This document shows, piece by piece, positions 51,257 through 64,000 of a DNA stretch of 64,000 bases (its first letter is position 1; the number at the start of each line of letters is the position of its first letter). The stretch is from Tubiluchus corallicola (taxonomy: Eukaryota; Animalia; Priapulida). The stretch covers positions 310,001-374,000 of the forward strand of contig JAQGDQ010000147.1 of the NCBI GenBank assembly GCA_030141605.1, given 5' to 3'. The notes beneath the pieces were generated by a model, which ran no database searches, was not told where the DNA came from, and was given only the letters and a program-made list of their open reading frames with translations. The position numbers and the translations under genes were made by a program.

Positions 51257-53904
51257 CAATTATTTTGATAACAAAGAATACAAAGTTTCTTATTTCACTT
51301 TTTGTTTCAGGCTGCGCGGCTTAATTGTTTTCATGGATACCATATATTTTTTTGAGGAATGTATAGCAGTAATTAGACATTCTGGCTTCAGAATTAAAAC
51401 ATCATCGCGAACCGTCTACATTTTCAAACTGATCCTGCTTTTCGATTATCAACATAGGGTAAACTGTATTGCTGGATGAACATTCATTTTTAATACACCA
51501 AACTTTTTAGTTTAACTTTTATACGAAAATACAAAATATTACGGTTCCAAAAATGAAATAATATCACAGGAAATACACTTTGTAGCAAATAGATGAAAAC
51601 AATTTACTAAGAAGAGGACAATATATATAACAGCTTCGACGTAAGATATAGCTGGGTCGTTATGACCACTTCCGTATATCTGTGAAAACGAGTGGTACCC
51701 CTTTTATAGATAGCTCGTCGTACAAAAAAGAGTCGACATGGCAGCCAAGAAATGAATGGCTGTCATTGATTTTTGACAGGGTGAATGGTCTAAATTTCTG
51801 GTGACTTTCAGTAAGACTGCCCAGGATTTCTTATGGCGTTGCAATAGAATAGTCTTCCAGACTGGCATATCTATGAGAAAAAGTGAATCTAATTATTAGT
51901 TTAAACATTACTACAATTTAACTTTCTATGACGTGAATAAAAATAGCGAAGCATTTCATGGCACTTAGTTGCAAAGTCAAATGAGCTGTATAACAGTTTA
52001 AGAATTACGCTTGTTAGACAGTACAGTTTATGCAAACCGACTCGACATTTTGCAAAATAACGTTTTATCGTTATTATGGCAAGGTCGAAAATGTCAAGAA
52101 CAAACTGACCTTCATTACAGACACACTGGCGCTCATACGTTGCCTATGTTATGTTTTTATTCACAGCGAAGGCTGATAATGAAAATTACTGCTTTGAAGC
52201 TACCGCGACGATTACTCATTGTGATCAGAGTGAAAGGGGAAATATTTGTAAGCCGCAGCCGACATTATCGATAAAATGCTAATAGATCAAACATCCCGTA
52301 ATAGATAATCAAGATAAAAGCTCAAGCAATTTCTAGAAGTGAAGCCATGTTATTCGCAAGTTTGTGTGCAGATAACTGACAGACAACTGAGATACTACAA
52401 CGGTGCCTTTGTTAGATGATCCCCAATTAATCTCAGTTAATGTTGTACGTAAACAGAGTATTACTGTTTAATGGGAGCACATTTCGTCATATGATAGACA
52501 ACATTGGGCTGTTTTTATAATAAACGATGTCACTGAAAGTCGTACCAAGCATAATATGTTTTGTTACAGACATTACTGTGGCATTACAGATTGGATTAGA
52601 ATAAACCGGGTCAATCAATATAAGTTTTCGGTTTGCAAATGCCATTTTGGTTAGTAACTACACTGCATTTTCAGAAGCAAGAATATAAAAATCAATGTTG
52701 AATTCATGCATAGTTCTTTTAGAGTTGACGGTCAATAATTATCAATATATAATAACTACAAATTTTACTCTGCAGACAGCAAAGATGGTTTGCTTTATTT
52801 TTGAAGTTACTGTTGCGCAATTGACATCTTCTTTACCTAACAAAGCGTAACGCGTTACTAAACATTACCCATTAATCTAGACCCGGCTTGGCTTCAACAA
52901 TTCTCTTTGCTTGGCAACGCGGTTCAACAAAGCAACAAATTTATTTTGGTCTATCGGTTCCTAACTAGACCAAAGTCAGGTGTCAATAAAAGTTAATGAG
53001 CACGTAGAGCGTGTATATGTAAACTACCATATATAAAAGAAGTGCTCTAATGAGTCTAATCACTTCATTGAGTTCTGTCCATATAAAGGCACTAAAGGTG
53101 AAGCCTGTGGTGTGGAAAAGTGTGTATATGCCGTTATAACAAAAATCGTTAAGTTCGTATAATAAAAAATCTGATTTTTTTCTTGCAGTACAAGCTTCTC
53201 TCGGAATTTTGAAGTTAGAGGGAAGTGTGCTTAGTTTTGATGAAGCATAGGCTTTATTTCAATAGAGAAAATTATTTGATTTGAATTGTATGTTTCATCT
53301 TATGTGTTTTAAGATATGAATACCTAGTGATACACTAATCTTGATTTTCACAAGGAAAAATTAGTTTCCAGTCGATGTTGCAGTGACTGTCACTTCGTTA
53401 GAAAAAATACGCAGAATGAAAATGAATATGACTGTAATAAATAATGAGCATACTGCAAATGACGTTTTTTTTCAGAGCAACAAAAACGGCTTTGTCAGGT
53501 TCCAGAACCTTGTAGTACCACCGCGGTGGAAGATGTGCAGTAATCGATTAAATAGGAAAATTTCATGTGTATCTGAATATTATTTCAACACTTTATATTA
53601 TGCTGTATTTTAATTAAGTTACAAGATGAACTTTATTGGAACATCTCATAACAGAAGGGTTAAATGCGTCAGTTTGCATCTTATTATGACGCTGACTTAA
53701 AGTAAAAGCCTCTGGAAGTAATTACTGAAGAAGCCTCATCCGTTACAACCGTCAATTATCTGCTAATGAGCGAAGAGAGACTAGACGTGTAGCTCGTGAA
53801 GGACTCTAGGCGATTCTAAATGCAGTTTCTAAGAAACCGGAATATTTACATTTGATTATAGTGTGAAAACACGTGAAACACATGCCCACAACGTTAGAAA
53901 TAGG

Positions 53905-54890
53905 TTTAAGTAAGTGAGCAAGCAAGCAAGCAAGCAAGCAGGCAGGCAAGTAAGTAAGTTTTGCTTTACGCCGATTTTCATTACATACAAGAAACATTAG
54001 TCCACAAGGGACTATCCAATTGACTAAAAATTATAACAACCACAAATTAAAACAATAAATAAAGGCTTAATTAAGACTTATCGCAACTTCAGAATTACTC
54101 TTATGCTAAAAAAGTAAAATGCCAATTTGCGCATATATTAATAAGATAACGTTTCTTGACTTTGCGGGAGAAGTGTTGGCGACGTTCTAATACTATTATT
54201 AAGATCATTCCAGATTTTGGATCCTTCATATATAATTTATATAAATGAATTTAATCCATTTCTTGTAGCTTAGACTAACGGGATTTTTAATTTCAAATCG
54301 CTTCTTAAAGGATATACTGTGTTTCCCTTCTCAAACATTTGGCATATATAAGAGGGACTGACTTACACACTTCTTTAAAAAAATTGCATTTATATATTGT
54401 AACTATACTAGGCACTTTGGCCTTTTTTTAACATTGTTATGTAGCTTGAATTAAAGTCTTGATACACAATTCTCAGTGTTCTCTCTCGGAGGTTCTCAAA
54501 ATTGCGCATCTGTGTTACACAGTGACCTAGCTTCACCAATGGGCAATGTGTAAAATTTTCCCTAACAAAACTTTGATATGCAGTCAATCTCGATTTTACA
54601 TTTAAACTATCGGCAATTCTTCTAAACGCATTTAACTGCCTTCTTGGTTTTCTAGATAAAGCAGCAATATGTGCTTTAAACTCAAGCTTCGGATTTATAT
54701 GCACACCAAGAAGATTTAAGCAGTCCGTTAGCTAGCAGATAATGGTACTTTTCAGAGTTTGCCTGCATTTGGTTACATTGAAATTTTCTATTTTCAAGAT
54801 CTCGATTTTCACCTGCAACAACTAGCATATTATCATCAGTAAAGTTACCAAGTTTAAAACGAGCGTGAAATCATTTAAAAACACGTTGAA
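53905..54890 (-). mobile_element. 5'-truncated CR1/L2-group LINE (RT C-terminal part, 3'UTR and tetramer tail)
   Basis: FNVFLND, NFTDDN (YADD-like), NQMQANSEK, LLGVHINPKLEF, RQLNAFRRI, GSKIWNDL; (CTTG/CTTA)n tail at ~53905-53960. Confidence 0.85.
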
Positions 54891-57119
54891 TTAGTCTTTC
54901 TCCGCTAAAAGTTTCTGAATTCGAGAAGCTAATGACTTCCGTCAAGTTTTTACAAAGGTTCATTCAAAAACCTGCTGTATCTGGACCCACTTATTATGGT
55001 TTAGATTATTGGTCAAAGCGTGGCTTACTGTAGACGTATTGTTGAAAGGTAGCTGGCTACTGGCTCCTATTTGATTGCGATCTTGGCCTGCTGTAACAGT
55101 CTGAAGAAAATGATAATATGGCATTATTGTGTTCACTTGCTTCGTGTCCGTAAAGGTCACCATAGTAGCTAAGGTCATGTAATCTATCACAATTGTTTCT
55201 CTCACATAAGGGGGTTGACGAATGTACTGTTTTAATAGTCGTGTCTCCACCTGGTGAGCCATATCTGCTACTAGGCTGAATATATGCTCCATAATAGCTG
55301 TAATTCGGTAAGCCATTTACCTTCTTTTATTATAGAAACCCGCAATATTACGATTTGATTAGAATAATCTAATATATAAACTGTAAAAGCTTTTAATTGT
55401 ATTCTCATCTCATTCTTATCGAAGTTTGTTCGTTGGTGTCTTATATTGTGCCCTACGACCCTAGTAACATTTCAAGTTATTTAATAGTAATGAGAGTAAC
55501 CTGTCTCAAAACGCATAAAAGTTAATGATTTGCAGCAAGAGAACCACATCTGATATGCTCGGACCTGACCATTTTCTTTCCTGAAACTAAGACACTAAAT
55601 GTGGTTGAATTAACGATGCCCTTTGATATCCTGATAACATACAGAGGACTAGAGAAAACCGAGATACGCTGCTTTGGTCACAGATTTGCAAAATCGTGAA
55701 TTCATTGTAAAATATAGGAGTATCATTTGAAGTCACAAATCGCGCCGGGTATATTTCTACGGATAATATAAAGCAGCTAAACAATCGTTTAAAACTGTGC
55801 AAGTTTGCCGGAAAAAAGCCTACAGTTCATAACAAAACATCAAAGTTAGCAATGCTCTGTTCATACACTATTTTTAATTCGAAGTTTTCATCTCAGTTGG
55901 TCAGTAATAATTTATGATAATTTCTAGTCATTTTTATATGCTTCACTGATCCATTGAATCAGTTAATCTCTTTGTGTCTTTACCACTCTCTTGTAAATAT
56001 TTTATTTGTATGTTTTTTGCCAACAAGTAGTTATATATATCAATGGCGTATATATATATATATCAATAGTATATAGTATTATACACTATATATTAGTATT
56101 ATTATACTACAATACACTATATTGTAGTATTATTATAGTATATAGTATTAGCAGGTATCATATACATATATATATTGTTTTTATTGTAGACTGTATTTTA
56201 CTGTTGGACGTGAAACAAATAAATAAATAAATTGTACGATTGCAATTTTTGGATATAAAAGTAATATGTAAATAGTTTGTTGTATTGGAATTCATGTTAT
56301 GCCATAATACAGCTAAATACTTCCACTAGTAATTGCCACTTTTAATTGTTCTGTTTGCTATATGCGTTTGTGTCTTTTTGTAGCAAATCTTGTGAACCCT
56401 AACTGGGCTTCCATATACATTTATACATTCAATAAACATATATTTTGCTCACGGAAAGAAATTCTAAAAGTTCTAGAAAATTTTAAGAAATTCTACGAAT
56501 GCAAAGCTATTGAAGATTTTACTAGTTTCCTTTGGATTAAACATTTTTACATTTTGTATTTGCATCGGAAATTATTATGTAATTATAACCAATAATTGTG
56601 CCCAAAAACCACTCATTATCTTCGTTTACTTATTTATATTATTTGGCACATAATGGAAAAAACACATACCAACTTGACACGAACAACGAAAAACTTCTAT
56701 TTGACCTCAAGTTTAAAATATGGAACTCAGAATAATGCAGTAAATTGCACTGAGCAGGACTTACCGGATAATAAAAGAAAAGCTCCTTAGCAAATCAAAG
56801 GATTTTGTAATTCTTTACAGGGATTCAGAGTTTAAACGCAAGCTCATAAATCTCGTTGAGCAAGTAAAATCTTTGTCGTTATTATCCTTGTGAGGATACT
56901 AAGTAAGAGCCATTTGTCTTTACGTTGAGTTTAAAAATACTGATGCAGTTAAATGCCTGAGAGTGTTCCTATAAATACTATCAAATCTTATTTACTGTTA
57001 TTATTTTTGCCATGGTCATTGCACATATAATACGTCAGCATTATAGTCATCACAACCATCATGACTCTTATTACTATCATCAGTTAAGTAAAGCGCTTTT
57101 GATTTAACTGTTCATTAAG

Positions 57120-57745
57120 AATGTACACAACAAGTACTATTCCAGCAGAAGTGTCTGTATTGTAAGTTTGTGCAGAATAAGGATTAATCTAGACTACAAG
57201 TCATGACTTCAAAGCGTGAGCAGAATAAAGACTTTTCTAACAGAATTATGACGGTCACTCAGGACTAATCTATCTTCTCCTATTAAACTCAATAAATTAT
57301 TCCTACCGTGCTCGTTGACAGACCATTTCAGCTGGAACTTCCTGACTTCCAGACTTAAATGTGTGTGCAAGTATCTTTACCTTAACTGTGTGCACAACAG
57401 GTATCATTTTAGCAAAAGCGTCTATACTGTAAGTATTTGTGGAACAGGAAGATCACTCTAGCAGTAGTTCACGTACTTTCAGTGTGTGTAGAATACAGAC
57501 CATTCTAGGCGAAGTGTCTGTACCCTAAGTGAGTGCGATATAGGGAGCATTCTAGCAAATGAAAGACCTATGTGTGTGAAGAACATGGAGTACGCTTGCA
57601 AAAGTGTCCGTATTTTAACTGTGGGAAGAACAGGTAGTATTTTAGCAAAAGTGTCCGTAGACTCCGTGCTTTAAATGTGTGCAGAATAGGAAGTGCTCCA
57701 GCAAAAGTGTCCGTGTTTCAAGTGAGTGGGGAACAGGGAGTATAT
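57120..57745 (+). repeat. Degenerate ~47-49-bp minisatellite
   Basis: Recurring tagcaaaagtgtccgta...gtgtgcagaatagg units. Confidence 0.75.
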
Positions 57746-60710
57746 ATATTGCGTACTTTCATACATCAAAAGAAATAATCGATTTACTGTACTAAGGGCA
57801 CCGGGTGCATTTATTCTGTGCTGTGGCTTTGACTAGAGTTAACCATTGTAAATTGATTTTAAAAATTAACTCAGAAACTAACATGCCAAAAATTGTTATA
57901 CAGCTTTTAGCACACTTTTATATTAATTAAACCCTATGGGAACGATGGAGAAATTTTGTATCTGCAGACTTGATATGTAATAAACGGTGTCAGACAGGAT
58001 AGAATTCTGTCTCTTAGAGTCTTTAACTTTTATTTTAAGGACGTAAGTGTACGTCTTAGCGATACCCAAGTTGAGTGTAGATTAAATGGTAAACTACTGA
58101 ATATTTTAATACATGCAGACTATGTAGTCCATATTGACAAATATTGTTAAATATAGGAACAGTTTTGATTAATACTTATCAGTCTTTTCTGAGGAAGTTA
58201 AGCTGAATGCTGACAAAACAAAACAGGTGACAAACAATCCAAACAAATCGAAAAATATTTCTTTTGATGATGTATGTTGTGGAAGTTACAAGTTAATGCT
58301 ATACACATATACTTACTATACTATATACATATACATATACTAGATGCATAATATACATATATTTTGTACGTTTCATGAACTCTTAGTTCGAAATAAAACT
58401 TTTGCTTACTTAATGCGTGTGTATTGTTTACAGAATATGACCTACCATCTGGCGTACGCATTACATATCGCATGAGCCCATCGTTTCCCTGGTGTAGTAA
58501 TGGAAAACTAATATGGTGTCTTATCATTCGCAGTTGACTTATTACGGCATTAATGACATCTTATTAGTTGCTTGAATTTGTCAATAATTACTTTTATTCC
58601 ATTTTTGTATAGTTGCCCTACAACAAAGTTTAGTTTCTATCAGCTATGGTTCAAACATGAGAATCACACCATAGACAACTTAATATTGAATAAGCATTAC
58701 ACCATTGTACGTGATTAAAGGCGCAATTCAAGTGGACAGGTTTTTGGTGGAACGATAATAGTTGACCTATATCGTTATGCTATTATTTATCAGTGGAAAT
58801 AAGTTTGCCAACTGCATGTTCTTTACAATGGTTGCTTGAAGTAGTAACAAACAAAAAGCGTGTGTACTACCTCTCTCCATATATTTAACCCTCGCCTATC
58901 GGTCTACCGCTCTTTTCTCGTAATCAATCAGCCGTAAACAGTTTATGAGAAGGGCTTCGTGAGCTGACTGACAGTAAAAGTGCAGATTAATGACGAAATA
59001 ATGTGCAAAATTCGCAGCCGACTCTCTCCAAAATATCACATCCGATTGGCCGCACAGTACAACGGCTTTTTAATTGTTATTTAGAATCTAGCAAGAAACG
59101 CGCACGTTATATCATTCTGAAAATGGAATGACCATCGCGTGTTAAACGAATGGCCATAAACTACTGCAACACTTTCAGACATTGTAAAAGGTTACGTATT
59201 AATAATTTAGTGAGTTATAAGGCGTGCTTGGTAAAGTGGAAACTGAAAAGCTAATAGAGGGTAATTATGCTACTACTACTACAACAACTATTGTGGAACA
59301 GCAGCTAACAATTATAACTGCTAGTCACCTGGCTAGTGAAAGACATTCTTCAACGGCTAAATTAGATTTCATGTGCAAAAAGACAAAGTATTCACATTAT
59401 AATTATTTATAGTGAGTAGTGTTGAACTTAAGACTACTAAAGTTTTATCACTTTTGAGAACGAAAAATGAATGCGCACAAATTTGCCATAAAATTTTCTG
59501 TGTAGGCCTGCTCACACTTAGTTCTTAGTATGTTTTTGCGCCTAGTTTCAAGTCTTCATTTCAACCTTTTCAAAAATTTTCCGATTTGAAACGCAAACAT
59601 TTATTGTAGTAATCATATTTAACTTATACATGGCTTTATTGCTCATGATGATTAGTGTAAGACTAAGTTAAGGCAAAATGAAGTATTTTTTCGCTGCAAT
59701 TTTCCAAATTTTCTGCTTTTCGTGAATAGGCCCGAATGTGTCAGCGAGACTAGCAAAAGAAACCGAAGAGAAATATGAAGAGCTTTTGTAGGTCTATTCA
59801 GTCAACAAAACTACGTATCTACAATCACGTACAATCACAAAAACAAGCTTGTGCACTAAAGTCAAAATGGCTTCTTCTTGTGTTTAGTTGTCTATATTGA
59901 ACAAGCGATGCAATTTTGTCAAACCACGCCACTATTATTAAATCCTTAAGGCTGCTGCACTTACAAGAATGCCAAACGGTATAATTACTGAGATTAACCC
60001 CTTTGATTATTCCTCTTATTCGTAGGTAAAATTAGTTGTAACTTGTCAATGCGCGAACATTCCACATTGTCAGTACAATTTTTACAAAGGTTGTCAAAGG
60101 AGAGTTGGCTAGTTCATTTACTAATATTGATGAATATATACTTTCTCTGCATGCCTTTATAAAGTTCGTATAATTTCAAGCTCATTGAGATGCGTAAAAT
60201 GAAAAATGGTAATAACATTAATGCAACTTGCTAAAATAAAATAAAACGGCTCGGTGTAATAAGTAAAAGCTTTATCATTAACGCCTGTTAGCTAGCGTTT
60301 AACGAAAGAACAACGGCTAAAGCTTGCTTTTGTGTAATGGCTATGGCGTATAATGACTTTGATACGCTGTCTCTAGGGACTTGGGCAAATCTTGCAATTG
60401 CTTTAGTTCCGTGTACGTTTTCCCTCAGTTACTTAATGACCTTAACTTTGCATTAGCCAGTAGAAAATTTGCTCTGTCGAGATTAATAATTCAGATTTTC
60501 GAGTATGAGCGGAAAGCTGCATTCAAAACATTTGTCTGTCAAAATTTTCTCGAACAGCGTTCTAACATTGTGTAATTTTAATTCGAAAAATGCAGTCAGT
60601 AAGGACAGGCAAGTGCAACTATTGTAGGCCTAAAGACTGATGGCTTAGTCAAGGACAACTTCGAAGAAAATGATACCAGTTGCACTTTGTTCACAAGAAA
60701 GACCGTAAGA

Positions 60711-61180
60711 ATAGATTAGATTAGATTTATTCAATCCAAACATAGAATTGTACATATACAATAAAATCTTTTAAATATGATTAGCTAATGTTTTAGGAAG
60801 GGAGAAAGCCACTAGGCACGAATGCATTTACGGTGGCCCACATTAATTAGTTATTTCTATTAAATTTACAAGAAGGATTAAAATCAAACATAAGTAGTTC
60901 AAATGGAAAAGAACGTAGGCTGTTAGCATTAACAATCTCCGACAGTAAACTGTTCAACATATCGATCACACTGTTTGCAAAACAGTATTTAAAAATATCA
61001 ATACGACAATAATTTTTGTACAACTTGTAAGTTTGGCCCCTTAATTCAGGTGCGTAGGTAAAAATATCGTTAGAACTTAGATCTATAAGTACATGGCAAA
61101 CTTTGCACACCGCTTTCATATAAACGTCTGGTTTCAAAAGCCTGTAATTTTAAATGGTCTAGTCTACTAAAATAGTTAAC
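60711..61180 (-). mobile_element. CR1-type LINE 3' end
   Basis: LRGQTYKLYKNYCRIDIFKYCFANSVIDMLNSL (CR1 ORF2 C-terminus), then AATAAA and an (ATCTA)n tail. Confidence 0.85.
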
Positions 61181-62712
61181 ATAGTTATAAAGGATATTGT
61201 AGGGCGAAAACTACCTTTCCGTTGGCAGAGTCAAAATTTAATACGATTTAATCAAAAGCAACAGCGCATTTTTCTTCATCGTACAGACAACTTAGTTGTA
61301 TGGAATCGTTATTTTTTAAGTTGGTAAGTGTTACCTGAATGAATTACAACCAGATGAAATAGCTTTATTAATTTTTTATTAGAAAAATTCAATGTTTCTG
61401 CTGCACGTAAGCAGTCATCTTTAGGAAATAAAATGTTGTTATGTTTTAGTAAAATGCAAATGTAAATTTCGGTGTCTTCTTTTGCGATGTTCATTATAAA
61501 AACCGCACATAATACTAAAAGTGGAAAATCAGAAAGCGCAGAGTCAATTGATTGGTTTGAATTGTTATGTCATATAGGTATATTGCTGCTCATGTTTAAT
61601 TTACTGAAACAATTAATCTTAAAGACATTGTCAGAGTAGAGAAATGTCAAATCATTAAAACTTTATTAAAATTAATAAAGGCAAAAAAGCATAGGCACAA
61701 CATTAAATTTTAATGTCCCGTGCCCAAATGTCTCGTGTCCAATGGTTACCTAGGGCAAATCACCTATCATGCTAGTTGACTAGAGCAAAATCATTTTCAC
61801 AGACCAATGAATAGCAAAAAAGCTTAGACGTCAATACAACCAATTACTGGATGGAGCAGGCTTTTTACTACATACGTAGCATACCTAAGTACCCTAAGTA
61901 CCCAACTAGTAAGAAAGATGAGAACGGAACACTCCTTTCGTCCGAGTAAACTTTCGGTTTTAGCCATTGCAGATGGGAGTGATTTCAAGTCTTTAGTAAC
62001 AAGACCATTTTTACAGCTGGTAAAGCTTCTCTAATTAAGTACAGGCAATAAAGCTGTCAGAAACGACTCTATTCCTCTACTCTTCTAAATTATATGTGTT
62101 GTACTAGAAAGCTTATTTTCTTTCAGCATAATCAAAACAAAAGTCAAAGGCATATATGTTCGATGGATTTTGATACATGCTCAGCATTCACTGCCATGAA
62201 TCCGTGACATGATGGCATGATATGGAGCACAGCGGAACTCAATACAGATATCTAAAATTGTCGAAAATTGATTTAGAGCCTTACAACAATGGTGAGATCG
62301 GGTGCCGAGGGACAGTAGAATTCAATGAGCCAAAGTTAAATATTTCCTCATTAAAAACAAAGTTTTCTGTCGCAGGCACGTTAGCTTAAAGTGTTTCAGA
62401 GATGCAAAGTGCACTTAAAATGTACGTTAGTGGTCTTTTCGTTTGACTTGTAGTATAATAACATCTGACTGAGATTGAGACTGTTTCACATTTGCAGATT
62501 TTCGCCCTTTCGGTCATGTTTGATTTCAAAAATCTAATAATAGTGGGCTTTGCAGGATCTCTAACTCGTTTCGACAGTGTGTGTTCTTTGTAAAAGGCTT
62601 TAGGGCAAAGGCAATGATTTGCCTAAGACGTTGGTAAATCAGGCCCACAGTCACTGCACGAATCGCATACATTGTGAGCCCCCTCTATACGACTTCAACG
62701 TATTTTACTTAC

Positions 62713-63079
62713 CCATTTCATCCATTTTACTAGACATTCCTAACGTTGCTCCAACCAGTATCACACTCATTAGCAGAAGTCCTAGAGCTACTAGCATGAT
62801 AGCTCGACTGATCCTCTTTCTGCGTTTGGCTTCCTCTTTGTCCTCCTCGGATTCATAATCCTCTAAAGGTTCGCATCTGGTCGAATAACTGACTATTCTG
62901 CTGTCCTGGCTAATTCTGCTGACGCTACACAGGTCATTTTCAGACCGATACACGTGATAAGTTGGTTTGTAACCACGAACTGCATGGTGGTTGCACTCAC
63001 ACGGATATTCCATCGGGTATTCTTCGGTTGACAGAATTTCAATTTCATTGTCTTCCTTGTCCATTCTTAAGGAGCTCAT
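62713..63079 (-). CDS. Uncharacterised single-pass (type II) membrane protein, coding exon 1
   Basis: 122-codon complex ORF with acidic stretch, KRRKRISR, a ~23-aa hydrophobic helix and MSSKMDEM; donor G|GTAAGT. Upstream acceptor tttaacag at 63149 and a donor at 63344 imply a 5'UTR intron. Confidence 0.8.
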
Positions 63080-64000
63080 TGCGAAATAGATCTGTGACGA
63101 ATGACAGTTTAGAATTTACAACACAAGATCACAACATGAGATTATGCCCTGTTAAAGAAACTTTGAATTCTCTGTTTCCTTTTTGACGGATATTATCATT
63201 CGGTGATGTAATATTATTCGTATCATCATATAACGTAGAACAAGTTTAGAAAAATGATTGATTACGAAGTATCTAGCTATCTACAATAAGTAGCACGTGA
63301 AGTAAACGCCAGCTAGAAAAGTCAATAACATATCCAGAACTTACGAAACGGAAACTTTTCGGACTTCACAAACTTCATACTGCAGTTGCAGGAGCAGCCC
63401 TCTTCCTTCAGTGATCATTACCTTAATGTTAGCTGCCTATACCTGGTTGCCGTGACGGCTTGAAAAGCCTCATTGCTATTAAACCCAATGTATGCATTTC
63501 AGACAGTAAACCATTACGATGCGGCACTTTGAAAAGATTAAAGCAATTTCACGCGAACTCGTTTTTTCCTCGTTAAAGTCTTCAAAATAAACGTTATTAC
63601 TGAATGGCTTCACTGTAACGGCAGCCTTTACAACTCTTAAATATCGTTGAAGCCGCTACCCAGTTTAACGCGATTTAACATGTGTTTGCCCGGAGACCAC
63701 ACCACATCAGTCGTCAATGATGGTTCATTGCGAAGGTTAAGCTGATCAGTAACTTAGCTTCTGAGCGTCATAAACGTCAGTTGTGTAACCCCGCACGTGC
63801 ACACACGCTGTCCAATATCTGCATCTCAATGCGTCGTTGCGGTATTAGCCTCTCTGGCTTCTGTTGGCAACGAGCAACCAACACGCTTAGGCAGCTGGCT
63901 TCTCTGCTTCTCAATCAAGTCTCGCTGCGCCTGTTCTGTTCACTGTCATACGATTTGATCAAAAGCAGCAGCGCATTTTTCTGCATCGTTCAGGCAACTT

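Overview
AT-rich, intron-rich, microsatellite-rich DNA from an invertebrate animal; the species cannot be identified from this window. Three spliced genes were reconstructed by hand. (1) A complete 16-exon SLC5 sodium:solute symporter of the SMCT/NIS/SMVT clade on the minus strand (28047->14484, 626 aa, C-terminal PDZ-type -STHL). (2) A complete DHRS4-like short-chain reductase on the plus strand (30697->35505), head-to-head with the SLC5 gene. (3) An uncharacterised ~151-aa single-pass type II membrane protein on the minus strand (63079->37808), split by a 24.8-kb intron. The rest is decayed LINE fragments, SINE/MITE-like remnants and simple repeats. The DHRS4 locus is the most striking. It carries a tandem-duplicated active-site exon pair (34282-34336 / 34388-34439) with the hallmarks of mutually exclusive splicing, an in-frame second copy of the PTS1-coding tail right after the stop, a GC-AG intron, a 24-nt microexon, a presequence-like N-terminal extension and a candidate 60-nt cassette exon. 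All splice models are inferred from sequence alone and need RNA-seq confirmation.
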